DNA of 56,057 nt, filler included, from Squatina squatina (GCA_031763465.1; 3 parts of 3 records of this genome joined end to end with filler, not necessarily neighbours in it); one strand, 5' to 3'; shown: positions 1 through 12,737, numbered from the whole stretch's first letter. The notes: generated by a model not told the origin, from the letters alone. Made by a program: numbers and translations.

Positions 1-1600
1 TTAAGTATTACTTGACTATAGTCCTGTCGTTTGGATTTTTATACTATCTGTGTATTTTGGAAACCTACTAGATGTTAAAAATTTTAATGTTAACAAATAT
101 TTCTTATAATGCAAAGTTCCTATCTGTCCAAGTTCCTGTTTATCTTTGCAGTAACCTTTTTGTATATATTCAAGGGGCATGAATTTTAGGGTTCTTGTTT
201 TTTTTTGAAATAATGTGGAACTTTTTTTTTTTTAAAAAGATTTTTTTTCTCGAAAGACCTTTTCTACTAAATTACTAACACAGCCGAGTGTTTTTCTTGA
301 ATATTTTACAAACCAAGGTTCTAGCCGGAAGTAAATATTATTTATCGGAAGAAGTTCTTTTTTTCTACAGTTCATTGTCTGTATAAAGTGTTCAACGGGA
401 GTAATCTGACTAGGAAGGAAAATAATGATGTTTAAACAAATGATTATTCTATGAAAGTTGGTACATAATTCTTGGGGGACGAAAAAAGTAAACCCTTACA
501 ATTCTTGAAGCCATATATTAAAATCTGGATGAAAATATTATCAGTATTAATTAACTTGCATTTATTCCAATGTTTAAACTAATTGTACTTTGATTTGTAC
601 TAATACATTACGGTTTATATTTGTGTATTTTGGGAAATAACTGCCATCTAAGCTAGCAGTATTAGATTGTTCGAAGTAATCAGTAACTATTGTACATCTA
701 TTACCAGGAAGACACAATTACTGTTCTGTGGAGGAATGTGCATATTGATGTTAAGAAAAAATGTATCACCAACATTTATTTGCCATTATATAGGCGGGAG
801 ATAAATTGGGTGTTTTGTAAATGGAACACTTTGTGATACCACAAGATATGAAATGCATTAAAAAAAAAAGGAAGATTTCGAAATGGAAGTGATTTTAGAT
901 ATTTAATTGGTAGATGGAAATCCACCACTGTGCAACTATGAAACTGTGAGTTTGCCTCGTAAGTCCTTGTCTACTAGTGTACGCAAGAACCGGCCACTGT
1001 AAATGATCTTTCTCTTCAGATGCTCGACAGCAGCGTTCTGTGGGGCTCACATTAAAGAAACCGTACAGGCGTGCGAATATACCATTTGAACACGTGACAG
1101 GGTAGACTATGCATGTGCATGTACATTGCTAGGGCAGATATATGAGAGCATTTAACGTCTTGTTTTTTTTATCATAGCCTTAACGCAAGAGTTAGAAATT
1201 TATGAATGCTGAGGGAGTTTGCAGAAATAAAAAAACGTACTTGAACCTAACTTGCTGAAGGATTCTTTAGGAATAAAAACAACTCCTCACTACATTTTTT
1301 TTTATATAGTTGTATTACACTGACTAATACTGTATCAAGCATTCTGCTGCTGCTTAAAATTTAGTCTGAAATGAAGAATAAGATATATATATTTGGAACT
1401 TTCTGTAGACCGTTTGTAACCAGCATGCCTTTTTTTTCTGTTCAACTTGATGGGATTGTTTACTTATTATTTCTAGATAACAGTGTTAAGACTTTTTTTG
1501 TACAGCTGTAATGTGTGGGCAGACTCAGAGGAACTGGGTAATGGAAAATAAAAAGTCCTGTATATGAAGTGTTATGAACAGCCAGTTCAATGTGGACGGG
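1..1600 (+). other. Putative 3' UTR of an unidentified gene
   Basis: No recognisable repeats and no ORF of 60 aa or more; AT-rich with T-runs, TGTA motifs (TGTATATA at 161-168) and AATAAA at 1226, 1272 and 1547. The gene is not recognised. Confidence 0.4.
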
Positions 1601-2948
1601 TGTTACCCTTTCTCATTAATGTCCATTACAATGGCATTCCGTCATGTGCCTTATGTTTGCTGGTTAGTATAAGCCTGCTTATAGAACTTTTAATAGTATT
1701 ATATTTGTGCATTAAAACAATGCAAAAATACAAATTATTTTGAGTTTTGTCTTTAATTCCCTGCACCTCATTAACACAACAGTGAGCCTTTTGAGCTGCA
1801 GAGTGGCACAGTAGTACAGTCATTTCCTGTTAAACGCATAACCGATTTGTTAAAAAATGTTGTATGTGGAAAAGGTATCCTGATTCATAGCAGCTTGCAA
1901 TGAAACTATTAGCAAGATTCTTGGCATAAAATCTTCAAAGTTTTGCTTTGTGACTGGTTTCCTTTGCTCCTTTCACCACCCTGTTCAGCAGCGCCTGGCC
2001 GCTCCGTTCCAGCTCGCGCTCAATCACCATCACCAATTGTTTGTTTTTGCGGACCCCCAGGCATCAGAGGATTCCAGTTTGAGAACCACTGTTCTAAATC
2101 ACCTCCACTTTTCCACCCTATCCTCATATCCATTGATTCCCTTAGTACCCAGAAATCTATCGATCCCAATCTTGAATATACTCAACAACTGAGCATCTGC
2201 AGCCCTCTGGGGTTATTGCTGAGAGTAAAACTGCTGCAAATATTGGTCGCCAACATTTTCAAACTTGAGTACACAAGCTGTTTTACCTTTTGACTGAGAG
2301 GGGTGATGTATCAAAGGAGTAGACTACATGTAATGAAACACATTTTAGAAGAGTAAGAAAAGATGTCCAATAATGGCTTTTAGTTGTTAGAAAAACAAGT
2401 ACATTGTCAATGAGGTAAAATGTTAAATAGTGTAATAAAGGAAGTTTTGGGTGTAAATTTCCATTACACTTACCAATTAGGGTCCCGCTGTGATGTGAAT
2501 ATTTTAGAGAGATGAAAAACGTGTGGGACTAGGGTGGACGTGCAAATGGAAAAATTACCGAACTTCGAACAACTCAGTTTCCCATTCTTAAAACACTGAA
2601 AGGTTCAAAGCTGATGAGGCATCCTTTTCCACTGAAGAAAATGGACAGTTGGAAATTATACATTGCAAGAGAGGGTTCACCAGGCTGTATTATTGAAAGT
2701 CACTCTGAATTTCAGGCAGGACATTTGGGTGCTGATGTTTCTTCCAGTGCAAAAACAAACCGTTCAAATATATCATGGTGTTGCAACATTCCTCCATTAG
2801 TTCCTCAGTAGAAATTAGTAACCTTTGTTTTAGTCCCTTTTTTTTATAGCGTGAGAATTCTGTCGAACAGAAAACTTAATTACAACTTGCAAGAGAACTG
2901 CTTAGCTGAACTTAGTGAACTCCATTTTTTTTTGTATATTTGGTGCAG

Positions 2949-3082
2949 AAATTCCGTGACAAATTCCACAACTGCAAACTATGAGCCCAGTCTGGATTAC
3001 TGTGTAGTGAAGGTACCCCGTTGGGATCTCAGCAAGTTTTTGCGTGTAAGCACCAAAATTGGAAGTTCCATGAAGAGTGTTG
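2949..3082 (+). CDS. CAD: Internal exon of CAD (carbamoyl-phosphate synthetase II large-chain region)
   Basis: tgcag| acceptor and |gtaagt donor; encodes [51 protein letters not shown] and [14 protein letters not shown] are CAD-type, whereas CPS1 reads DYMVTK and WDLDRF. Confidence 0.92.
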
Positions 3083-3673
3083 GTAAGTANNNNNNNNNNC
3101 AGTTCATGGCTGAGCCTGCAGTGCAGCAGTTGCCAAATAACAGTGGCTGTTTTGACATTTTTATAGGCTGAAAGACATTTTAGTTTCTATTTTTTCAATC
3201 ACTAACTTAATATTGTGCAAGAAGTTATAACACTGAAAATTCCCATAGAGTGGAGTGCTATTGTAGCCCAAGACTTTTTTTCCTGCCCCGCCCCGCCCCG
3301 CCCCTGGTTTTCGAGATTATATTCACATATGTGTATTGTGAAGTGGCTGTGTTTTTTCATTGCACAGTTCTTCTGGGAGCAGTGCACTGAGCACCAAAGT
3401 TTCTTGGTATGGCTGTGTTTCTGTTGGGATCAATGTGAGTCTAAGAATTGAAACAATTTGCCTTGATTTTTGGGGTTCATTGGATCAGTAGCAGCAGATC
3501 CTGCCCCCAAATAATGTGATTATTTGTTGCCTTTGCCTCCAGATGGGTCAAGATTGATTGATTATGTGGAAACTACTTTTTTTATTACAATTAACACGAT
3601 TAAAAATTCATGTCAATTGTTTTGCTCAAAGTTTGCATTGGTGCCAATATTGGCTGAGTTCTTTAACCTGAGA

Positions 3674-4400
3674 CCATTAATGTTGAATTGATACTGGCAC
3701 AGAGAGAGGAGGAGAATGTTTTTGCAGAAACCTTTGCATTCTTGCTACTTTTTNNNNNNNNNNNNNNNNNNNNNNNNNNNNNNNNNNNNNNNNNNNNNNN
3801 NNNNNNNNNNNNNNNNNNNNNNNNNNNNNNNNNNNNNNNNNNNNNNNNNNNNNGATGGAATCAGTGGATAGTGAACGAAATTCATAGCATGGACTGAAAA
3901 CAATGGCTCCGGTCTTCCCAATATTTAATAGGAAGAAATTTTGGCTTTTCCAGTGCTGGATGCTGGACAAGCAGTTAGACAGGATAGAGACAGTGGTGGC
4001 TTCAGAGAGGTGGAGGAGAGCTTACATGTCAAAATTCACAGCTATGTTGTCGGATGATGTCACTGACAGGCAGCATCTAGATCAGAAAGAGGAGGGGCCA
4101 AGGTTAGTTCCTTGGGGACACCAGAGGTAGTGGTGCGGGAGCGGGAAGAGAAGCCATTGCAGGTGATTCTATGGTTACGGCTGGAAAGATAGGAATGTAA
4201 CCAAGTGAGTACAGTTCCATCCAGCTGGACAACAGTGGAGAGGCGTTGGAGGAGAATTGTGTGGTCAACCGTGTCAAAGGCTGCAAATAGGTTGAGAACG
4301 ATGAGGAGGGATGTCACAGTCAATTAGGATATCAATAGTGACCTTGGTAAGAGCTGTTTTGGTATTGTGGTGGAGGTGAAAACCTGATTGGAGGGACTCA
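3674..4400 (-). mobile_element. Decayed L2-clade LINE, reverse-transcriptase region
   Basis: Minus-strand peptides TKTALTKVTIDIL, LLIVLNLFAAFDTVDHTILLQRL and SGVP, with frameshifts; spans a 100-N gap. Confidence 0.85.
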
Positions 4401-4729
4401 AGGCTGAATTTGTGATCGGAGGCTTCCTGTGTGAGGATGCCGCCGATCGCAAATATCTCTACAAACTTACCTGAGGGTCCGGGAGCCGCGTAAAGTTGCT
4501 GTCTTCTGCCTCCACAGTTGGATACGCGCAGCTGGTCTGTTCTCTTTCGTGTGTAAGTCCTCGGAGAGACTGGGAAGGTCACACAGGAGGCCCCAACCAA
4601 TCAGGTTGGAGTATCTCCCATTCAAGCTTTGACAGATCAGTTCCACATATGGCAGGTTTGTAAAAGTTTGAATGGGAGATACAAAACTACACAAGCACAT
4701 CAAAAAACATTTTAAAAACTACTGTAACA
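4401..4729 (+). mobile_element. Non-autonomous DNA element (MITE-like) abutting the L2 copy
   Basis: Starts aggctgaatttg...ggaggcttcctg and shares about 250 bp of similarity with the inverted copy at 46035-46504. Confidence 0.6.
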
Positions 4730-5816
4730 NNNNNNNNNNNNNNNNNNNNNNNNNNNNNNNNNNNNNNNNNNNNNNNNNNNNNNNNNNNNNNNNNNNNNNN
4801 NNNNNNNNNNNNNNNNNNNNNNNNNNNNNCATGGCATGTTTCACTCGACACACAATGCTTCGTGACTGTGAAATACTTTCAAAGTGCAGTCACTTACACA
4901 GCAGACAGTATACTCATTGAATCCAAGATACAGGAGCGTAATCTGTTACAGTTATGCTTCTTGTTTCACGTGGGTTGAAAATTAGCCAGCACAGAATTAA
5001 CATGAGTTTATCTTGTCACTTCAGCCTGAGGTGACCGGAGTCCAATTCGAATCCTCTCATCTGTAAATTAATTACAACGTGTACACTGTGACAATATTTT
5101 ATCAGGAATTTCCGGGCTTGTCATTTTCCATGAATAATCCTGAAGGAGGTGCATTCTCTTTATTTGTCCTGAATTAGCTGTGTTCTCTCCCATTAATGGT
5201 CTTCTAACATCATTAGATATTTGATGATGCACAACATTGTTTCGTTGGACAAGCATTTACAGTCCATTACAGCTTTCCTTGTGTCTGTTTCATTAAAGCT
5301 ACTGTGGTGACTGCTCCTCCCAAGCGTTGCTCCATGGACCCTCCTAAACTCCGAACCCCTGCCTTCAACCACAGACCTGCTCTTTTGAATTCAAGACTTG
5401 TAGAATCGTCTCTGACTCTAATTCATTTTGGCCATGACTTCAAAACTGTGAAACTCTTCACCTTCCTCAGCCTTTCATTCTTCCTACAATCTACAAGCTT
5501 TAAAGCACCAAATTTGGCATTCACTTCAAGCTGTTCTTCACATCACCTCCTCTTCACCAGCCCACTCTTTCCTACCTTACTTTCTGTTGTTTTGTGTACG
5601 TTCACTGCACTCAGCTGAAGTCAGTTCTATAAATTTATAACTGATCCTGAGCAAGTTGTCCATAGTTCCTCACACCGGTTTTGTCCCTTAATTCGTTTTC
5701 CTTCCATTCCCCAATGTACATATTCTATTCCTTCCTTCATTTTCCTTCAATCTTCTTCCTCTCTGTTAAAGAGTTTGCTTTCTTTGTTTAAATAAAATGG
5801 AAGAAAGGAAAAATAA

Positions 5817-6605
5817 TTATTCATTCCTGAGATGTGGGCATTGCTGGCGAGGCCGGCATTTATTGCCCATCCCTAATCGCCCTTGAGAAGATGGTGAAGG
5901 CCCTCTTGAACCGCTGCAGTCCGTGTGGTGAAAGTACTCCCACAGTGCTGTTAGGGGGGGGAGTTCCAGGATTTTGACCCAGCGATGATGGAGGAACAGC
6001 GATATATTTCCAAGTCAGGATGGTGTGTGACTTGGAGGGGAATTTTCAGGTGGTGATGTTCCCATGCACCTGCTGCCCTTGTCCTTCTAGGTGGTGGAGG
6101 TCATGGGTTTGGGAGGTGCTGTCAAAGAGCTGCTGCTGTGCTTCTTGTAGATGGTACACACTGCAGCCATGGTGCGTCGGTCGTGGAGGGAGTGAATGTT
6201 TAAGGTGGTGGATGGGGTGCCAATTTAGCGGGCTCCTTTGTCCTGGATGCTGTCGAGTTTCTTGAGTGTTGTTGCAGCTGCACTCATCCAGGCAAGTGGC
6301 AAGTATTCCATCACACTCCTGACTTGTGCCTTATAGATGGTGGAAAGGCTCTGGGGAGTCAGGACATGAGACAATCGCCGCAGGATACCGCGCCTCTGAT
6401 TTGCTTTTGTAGCCACAGTATTTATGTGGCTGGTCCAGTTAAGTTTCTGGTCAATGGTGACCCTCAGGATGTTGATGGTGGGGGATTCGGCGATGGTGAT
6501 GCCATTGAATATCAAGGGGCAATGGTTAGACTCTCTCTTGTTGGAGATAGTCATTGCCTGACACCTGCGTGGCGCGAATGTTACTTTCCATTTCTCAGCC
6601 CAAGC
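5817..6605 (-). mobile_element. 3' part of a CR1/L2-group LINE (ORF2 C-terminus plus 3' tail)
   Basis: Peptide WAEKWKVTFAPRRCQAM...IDQKLNWTSHINTVATKA...IYKAQVRSVMEY; 3' tail gggcaataaatgccggcc...gaatgaataa on the minus strand. Confidence 0.85.
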
Positions 6606-7304
6606 ATATCCAAATTTCTGCCCATGGGTCAAATGTGATCTGTGGGATTCTTTGATGGGCCCCATAAAGATCCTTCCAATTCCTTTCTTCCTTGTGCCTG
6701 TAGACACAGCCAACTTGAGCACCTTCAAGGTGTTAAAGTTGCCTGACCTGGAGGACTGGAAAAGAATGGCTTCTGCTTGGCGGATCTGAATAAATCAGGA
6801 AACAGAGTTTGCAGTCGTCCAGCCTTGACAATAGTAAAGAGCTGAAGCATTGACTCACACTCCCCCTGCTGCTTTCCTGATCTCAGCTAGATCTTGCCCA
6901 TTGCCTCTGCTGACAGAGAAAACATCTTTTGAAGTGGACATTATATTCTTGAAGATGGTGGTATCTTTCTAAAGACACAGTCTAAGAGGGGGCAAGAGAA
7001 CAGGATGAGATGGAGAGAGGACAAATGAGAATGAGTGAGAGGTCTAGAAAAAGGGTTGGAGTAGGAAAATAGAGAATGAAGAAAGGCGAACAAACGCACC
7101 ATGCTTCAGGAGGGGGGAGGATGAGAAGAAAAGCAGGTGAGGAAGCGTGGGAGAAAGGAGAGGAAAGNNNNNNNNNNNNNNNNNNNNNNNNNNNNNNNNN
7201 NNNNNNNNNNNNNNNNNNNNNNNNNNNNNNNNNNNNNNNNNNNNNNNNNNNNNNNNNNNNNNNNNNNGCCCTAACTTTTCACCAATTCTTTTTATTCTTC
7301 TTAG

Positions 7305-7800
7305 ACCATCAACCACTTGCTGGAAATCTTCCCAAAATTCCCTTAATATTATGCGCCCTGCACCCTTCCACCGACCCATCCAGCTGTGTGCTTTGGAGCT
7401 GAAAGATAAAGATGCGGCTCCTCATGGCTGGGCAGCCTCGGTTCCTGTAACCCCATCAGTGGGGGAGAAGAGTTGTGTGCAGGTACAGATGGAGAGTCAG
7501 GATTCTGACAGCACTGAGCACCGCCCACATTCCTACCCTGCTGACCTGGTTACTGTCAGCGCACCCAATACCCCACTGCACTCCGCCGAGGGCCAGCAGG
7601 TGGAGATGCTGCTGCAGACGGTCCAGCAACAGATCCAGATCTTGGCGTTTGCCAGTCGAAGGGCCGCGGACTATGAACTGATCAATGAATGTGAGGAGAG
7701 AGCAAGTGAAAACACGGCATTTCTGCCAGTGGTTTCTGCTGAGGAGATGCCATTTCTGGCAAGGAAGGAACAGTACAGAGACTGCGATCTAGGAAAGTGA
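7305..7800 (+). CDS. NRG3: Terminal coding exon of a divergent neuregulin-3-like gene (intracellular C-terminus)
   Basis: Pyrimidine-rich acceptor ttcttag|, open frame to TGA. Motifs HRPIQL, SVPVTPSVG, SYPADLVTVS, VEMLLQTVQQQIQIL, RRAADYEL, ASENTAFLP and RDCDLGK* align in order with human NRG3 HLPIQL, SVPIIPSVG, SYSADVVNVS, VKILLETVQEQIRIL, RRSEDYEL, ASENTAFLP and RDSALTK* (recalled). Ortholog versus paralog is unresolved. Confidence 0.85.
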
Positions 7801-8160
7801 CATTCTGCTATCTGTACCTTCATTGCATTGTGAAACTGGGGAAAGGGGAGAATAAGGAAAAAAAGAGAAATTATTTATATGCATTTATTTAAAGCATTTA
7901 ATTAGAAACCAAATAGTCAGTTGCCCCCATAGTGGTTTATGGAAACGATTTTGTATTGTTTTAACAAATAACTTTTCTTTTTTTCTTTCTGGTGAAAATC
8001 TTAGTGCCTATTATTGCCGGCGGATGTGTGTAGGGATGTGCTGTGTTTCACCAATGTAATCTGGATTAAAGGGCGTGTCAGCTCGTTCTCTTCGACATGG
8101 CCTCACATTCAAAAACAAACTGGTCTTCTTCACATTTCCGCTGGCATTCTGATTGGACAG

Positions 8161-8256
8161 GACCTGGGGTATGAGGCACACGGGATGGGGAGAGTTAGAC
8201 CGGAGAGTGACCTGGGGTATGAGGCACACGGGATAGGGAGAGTTAGACCGGAGGGT
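8161..8256. repeat. Tandem repeat, 2 x 48 bp
   Basis: gacctggggtatgaggcacacgggat(g/a)gggagagttagaccggag(a/g)gt occurs twice with 2 mismatches. Confidence 0.9.
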
Positions 8257-9659
8257 GAGCGCCAGGCTCCTGTCTGATGATTGATGCACGAGCTGATCCA
8301 GAATGGGATTAATCTCTGAGTCCAGAGCAGCGAACGAAGAATTAACTTTTCAGTGCTGAGGAAGTAATTCCACCCGATAACAGCATTGTGCCCCTGCTGT
8401 TCAACCCCGGACCCCGCAGTATAACCCCCGATGGAGTGTGATCGAGGGACTCGGGGGCTGCGAGTGTGTCAGGGCGCTGACACCAGTTGGGGCCCAGTAT
8501 TGATGACCAGGGATGTCTAGCTCGAGCTGCCAAACGTTTAACTCCTGGTCAATTGACCCTTGGCTCTAACTCCAGCCTATTGGATGTAACCAGGCCAGCT
8601 GTTCAGCACTGGATTCAATGCTGAGGACCATTAACTCCGCCAGTGAAGCACCAGATAGTTAGACATTCCCAGCATAGAATCGACCTCNNNNNNNNNNNNN
8701 NNNNNNNNNNNNNNNNNNNNNNNNNNNNNNNNNNNNNNNNNNNNNNNNNNNNNNNNNNNNNNNNNNNNNNNNNNNNNNNNNNNNNNNCTCTGCCCCTCAG
8801 AGGGAAAGGTACCTGTGTTGGCCAGTTCTTGTGTGGAAGCCTGTGTATTTCGATTTGAAGACAGCAGTGCTGTGGATCTAATGCTGCAGTGCACCTAGGT
8901 GGTTTTCTGCTGGGTACTTACAATTAAGATTCTGCACGCCTATAGATTTGCTGTGCCCCTCGAACATGGGCATTACTTTTGCCCAGCAGCCATTCACTTT
9001 TTCCAGTGTACTGGTCAGAGTCCTGTGTTCCAACCCGACTGAAACATATGAGGCCTCGAATCAGTAGTAACGTTAGCCATTTATAGGTTGCTGTTGCAGA
9101 GCTGATCTGATCTGCTAAAACGTGTGTAGTCGCAGTGTTGCCAGTGAATACTTGATTCACACTTTGTCACGTGTGCTTTCATCACATTGTCCATCTCTGG
9201 TTCTTAAAGTGGAATTCAGGAGGTGAGGTTGAACAGACTGAGTTTGAAATTCAACTCTTAAAGAATGCCAAAATATCTTAAGTTTTTCAGAGGTGTGGAT
9301 TTTGATTCCCACAGTCCCCGCTGCTAGATAAAAGCTGCTGTGTTCATGCTCTCCAACACTGCAGGGCTTCCTTGGTAAGCTCCTCGGTGCTGGCTGCTGT
9401 ACTCTAGAACAGTTTAGTGTAACTGAAAATATTAAAATTTGTGTTCAGTATAAACAACGCGACAAGTTTTTAGACATTATTTAAATATTCATCAAGGTTC
9501 GGATTCTTGGTTTAAAATGCAGGTTTCAGCAATGTGAAGGATATTGGTGCTTTTGCCAAATTAGGGGCGGTTTTGTTCTGTGGGGCTGTGTCCCCAAACA
9601 CATTTTACACTCAACAGAGTGGGATGGAATTAAATTGGGGCCCCTTGAAATGAGTGGGA

Positions 9660-9860
9660 GCATAGGAAGAGGAAGAGGCCCCTCAAGCCTCTTCTGCTGT
9701 TCAGTTAGATCATGGCTGATCTACATTTTCACTCCACCTACCCGCCTTAATGCCTTGCCCAACAAAAACCTATCACTCTTAGTTTAGAAATTTTTGATTG
9801 ATCCCCCAGCCTCAACAGAGAGTTCCAGACTTCCACTCCCCTTTGTGTGAAGGAGTGGGA
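9660..9860 (-). mobile_element. Decayed CR1 3' end
   Basis: cataggaagaggaagaggcc...gatcatggctgatct resembles the reverse-complemented CR1 tail found elsewhere in the window. Confidence 0.55.
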
Positions 9861-10132
9861 TGCATACTTTACTCACAACAGCGCAAGACTACCAGCGATT
9901 CAAAGCAAGCAATGTATCTGACAAGAGCCTGAAGATTGTTAGTGCAGGAAATAGAAAAGTTCACATGGATGCACCTCTTGGCAAAGATATTTACTTAAAA
10001 CCAGCACACAGATGTGACTTCATAACCATGTAAAGTCGGAAGACATATTGATGGTGATCGGGGAACAGCCATGTGCATTTTATTGATCTGTTTCAATTTT
10101 TTGATTGCAGGGAATATGAAAGAGGTGCCAAC

Positions 10133-10387
10133 ATGACATCAAGATATGGGAAAACCTATAGCAAGAAGGGGAGCACTGGCAACTCGAAGTTCGATGAGGT
10201 GTTCTCTGGTAAGCGAGCAAAAATAAGCACCAAATGGGGGGAGACCACCTTTAAAGCTCAGCTGAGCCAGAAGAGACCCAACATCAAACCAGAACCAGTG
10301 GAACTGCCCAAGCGGCAGAAGGTTGAAGCCGAGTTGTCAGAGGATCCATTTGGGTTTGACAGTGATGATGACTCATCATGCTGTTAA
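10133..10387 (+). CDS. WAPL: WAPL-like first coding exon (acceptor at 10110, ATG at 10133); the frame ends at TAA 10385-10387
   Basis: [13 protein letters not shown]...SKFDEVFS...STKWGETTF...QKRP...[11 protein letters not shown] matches the WAPL N-terminus (YSR-type motif and first FGF motif). The 3' boundary is unresolved. Confidence 0.88.
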   Translation: MTSRYGKTYSKKGSTGNSKFDEVFSGKRAKISTKWGETTFKAQLSQKRPNIKPEPVELPKRQKVEAELSEDPFGFDSDDDSSCC

Positions 10388-11209
10388 AAGGATACTGGAA
10401 TGGACAAGCCCTAATATTTTCTGGCGAGTTTAGTACACATATATCAGCAACTTCACACTGTTCCATGTATTTCAATTGTGCCTCTCTTGGTGAAATACAA
10501 TTACTGCACAGCTTCTGGAGGAGCAGGGTATCTCGTACAGCAATTTCCTGATTTACGCATTTGCAGTCGCTGGAAGTTGGAGTCTGATTCACACGTTATA
10601 ATGGTGAAAACCTTTATTTTTATCGCAAAATCGAGCCCGTTGTGTATGATGGGCGCCTTATTGATACCCAGAAGGAAAATAGTGGTTTGTTCAGTTAAAA
10701 CGTTTTTTAAAAAGTGTTAATAAAAGGTAAGGAAACGAGAAGGAAAATAAGGTAAATGTGGCTGTAAATCATCTGGTAAGCCTGCCAATAAAAAACTTGA
10801 ACAGCTGGATAATTTGGAGAGCCATTCTCTTGTAATAGCCTAATTTGGCTGGGATCCCTTAAGGAACACAAGGCAGCAATATGGTAGTATGGCCCACAAG
10901 TAGTTTCAGGAAAAAATCTTCAGACGTGGATCACGGAGGTTCGATTAAGCACTGCAGCTTAAACCAAAGAGGCCCCAAGTTTCCAAAGTAAAGTTGTTGA
11001 CAGCAGTAAGAAAAGCAGGGACGGAAGTTGCAAGCTAGGAAGTTAATGGTCTACCCTGCTGTCTCATCAGGTCAGCAGAACTGGGGTGTACAATTCAATA
11101 TGATGAAAAATCACTGTGAACGAGGGTCACAGTTTGGGATCTTCTGATTATATTTTCCACAAAAGCATTAAAAAAAAATTAACGAAAACATGTTACAAAG
11201 CATATTATG

Positions 11210-11654
11210 AGGCCGAAATTCATCTCATGTTTTGTCCCATTAGCACCTCCGAGGGGCGCTAATGGGACATAACAGGAAAAAAAGGCACCAGGAGGCAGCC
11301 ATCTCGCCACCCGGGGAATTCAGCTGGGGTGCAAAGGCAGGTCGGCGCGACGCTTCATCAAGACGCCCCCCCCCCCCGACACACACCGTGCAGCCGCAAC
11401 GCCCTTAGCAGCGTGTTTGCGTCCCACGGGCGGATTTCACCCACGGAAGCTGGCCGCAACATGATTGCAGAGACAGGAAAACCAGTCGCTGCAACAGCCC
11501 TCTTAAAGGAGAGGGCCTGTGTGCCTGTGGCCACCATCTTTATTTTTCAGCGGACTTCATTGTTGGGTGAAAAATGGCGGCCGAGGCTGGATCGGGCCAC
11601 CATCCCTTCACCTGGCACACCGACTCACATGCCAGGCTGGTGACCAGGTCATCG
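11210..11654. mobile_element. GC-rich MITE-like element with an internal hairpin
   Basis: Begins ggccgaaattc; palindrome gtcccattagc...gctaatgggac at about 11234-11268; CpG-rich relative to its flanks; ends at a gap. Confidence 0.5.
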
Positions 11655-11754
11655 NNNNNNNNNNNNNNNNNNNNNNNNNNNNNNNNNNNNNNNNNNNNNN
11701 NNNNNNNNNNNNNNNNNNNNNNNNNNNNNNNNNNNNNNNNNNNNNNNNNNNNNN

Positions 11755-11828
11755 ATTGAATGGCGGTGCAGGCTCGAAGGGCCTAATGGCCTACTCCTGC
11801 ACCTATTTTCTATGTTTCTATGTTTCTA
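11755..11828 (+). mobile_element. Young CR1 3' end with (TTCTATGT)n tail
   Basis: ...ggctcgaagggcctaatggcctactcctgcacctattttctatgtttctatgtttcta at a contig edge. Confidence 0.85.
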
Positions 11829-12183
11829 CATAAGTCACTGGATTTGAAAAGAATGAGTGGTGATAGGCGTGGGGAAATCTGGATTGACAGGAAGTGCTAT
11901 GTAGCTGAAGACCTTTCATTATTTCCATGATTTTTACGTATCTTGTGAACCACATCTAATTGTGGGCTTCAAGTACAGTAAAAGTACTTCAGTGGAGTGC
12001 ACTGGTGGGGTGGAGCAAGAGCTTACACCTCCAGATAATTGTGATGGAGAACGATTGGGGCAAGGAGGAATTTGAAATTGCAGTCCAATTAAAATGCATT
12101 TGCAATTAAGGAGGAGGAAGCTCTGATATGAACTGAAGTTTGAGAAAGTTTACTGAAAATTGTTCTGAACTCTTATTTTGCAG

Positions 12184-12737
12184 AGGTGAAGCACCACGAT
12201 CCATTGAGAGAAGGAATTGAGAAAAACAGTTTTCCCAAGAACAAGAATGCAACTGAAAATGAAAAGAAACCTAAGGTGCCCAGTCCACTGCTGGCTGTCT
12301 TTAAAACTGATGGATTGCCCTCGGATAGTTGGGATGAGATCATGAAGAGCTCAGGGTCCCCCTCTGAAATACTTCAGAGGACAGAATTCCAGCCATGGGT
12401 TGGTGGACTTGGCCGTATGCCCTGTATCAAAAATGAGGCCTCAGACTGCAGGCAGGGAAGACAGGGAGGCATTTCCTTGCATCCCGACAAGCCTCTGGAA
12501 CTAAAAGGTAACCGAGGAGTTTTTGGGCGGGCAGAACACCCCAGCTTCAAGGCTGAGGAGATAGAGAATGACTCCCAGCCGCTCAGGTCAAATTGCAGGA
12601 CATACTGTCGTTCAAATAAAGGTAAACCAGGAAGTGCTGGCATGACAAATTTTGATAAAATAATTGATGGCACTGGGAAATCTCCACAGGCTGACCTGAC
12701 ATTGGGCAAGGACAGCCTTAAACCAGACACCAAAATT
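12184..12737 (+). CDS. WAPL: WAPL-like exon (low-complexity N-terminal region); 3' boundary uncertain
   Basis: ttttgcag| acceptor and an open frame containing LRSNCRTYCRSNKGK...NFDKIIDGT, matching human LRPTNCRTYCRANKTK...NFDKLMDGT. Confidence 0.75.

Noticed and set aside
2949-3082. Urea-cycle CPS1/CPSIII assignment
   Set aside because: The diagnostic residues ([18 protein letters not shown]) match CAD.
8161-8256. Short direct repeats as a CRISPR-like array (also 25715 and 54301)
   Set aside because: They are head-to-tail tandem copies with no spacers in a eukaryotic context.
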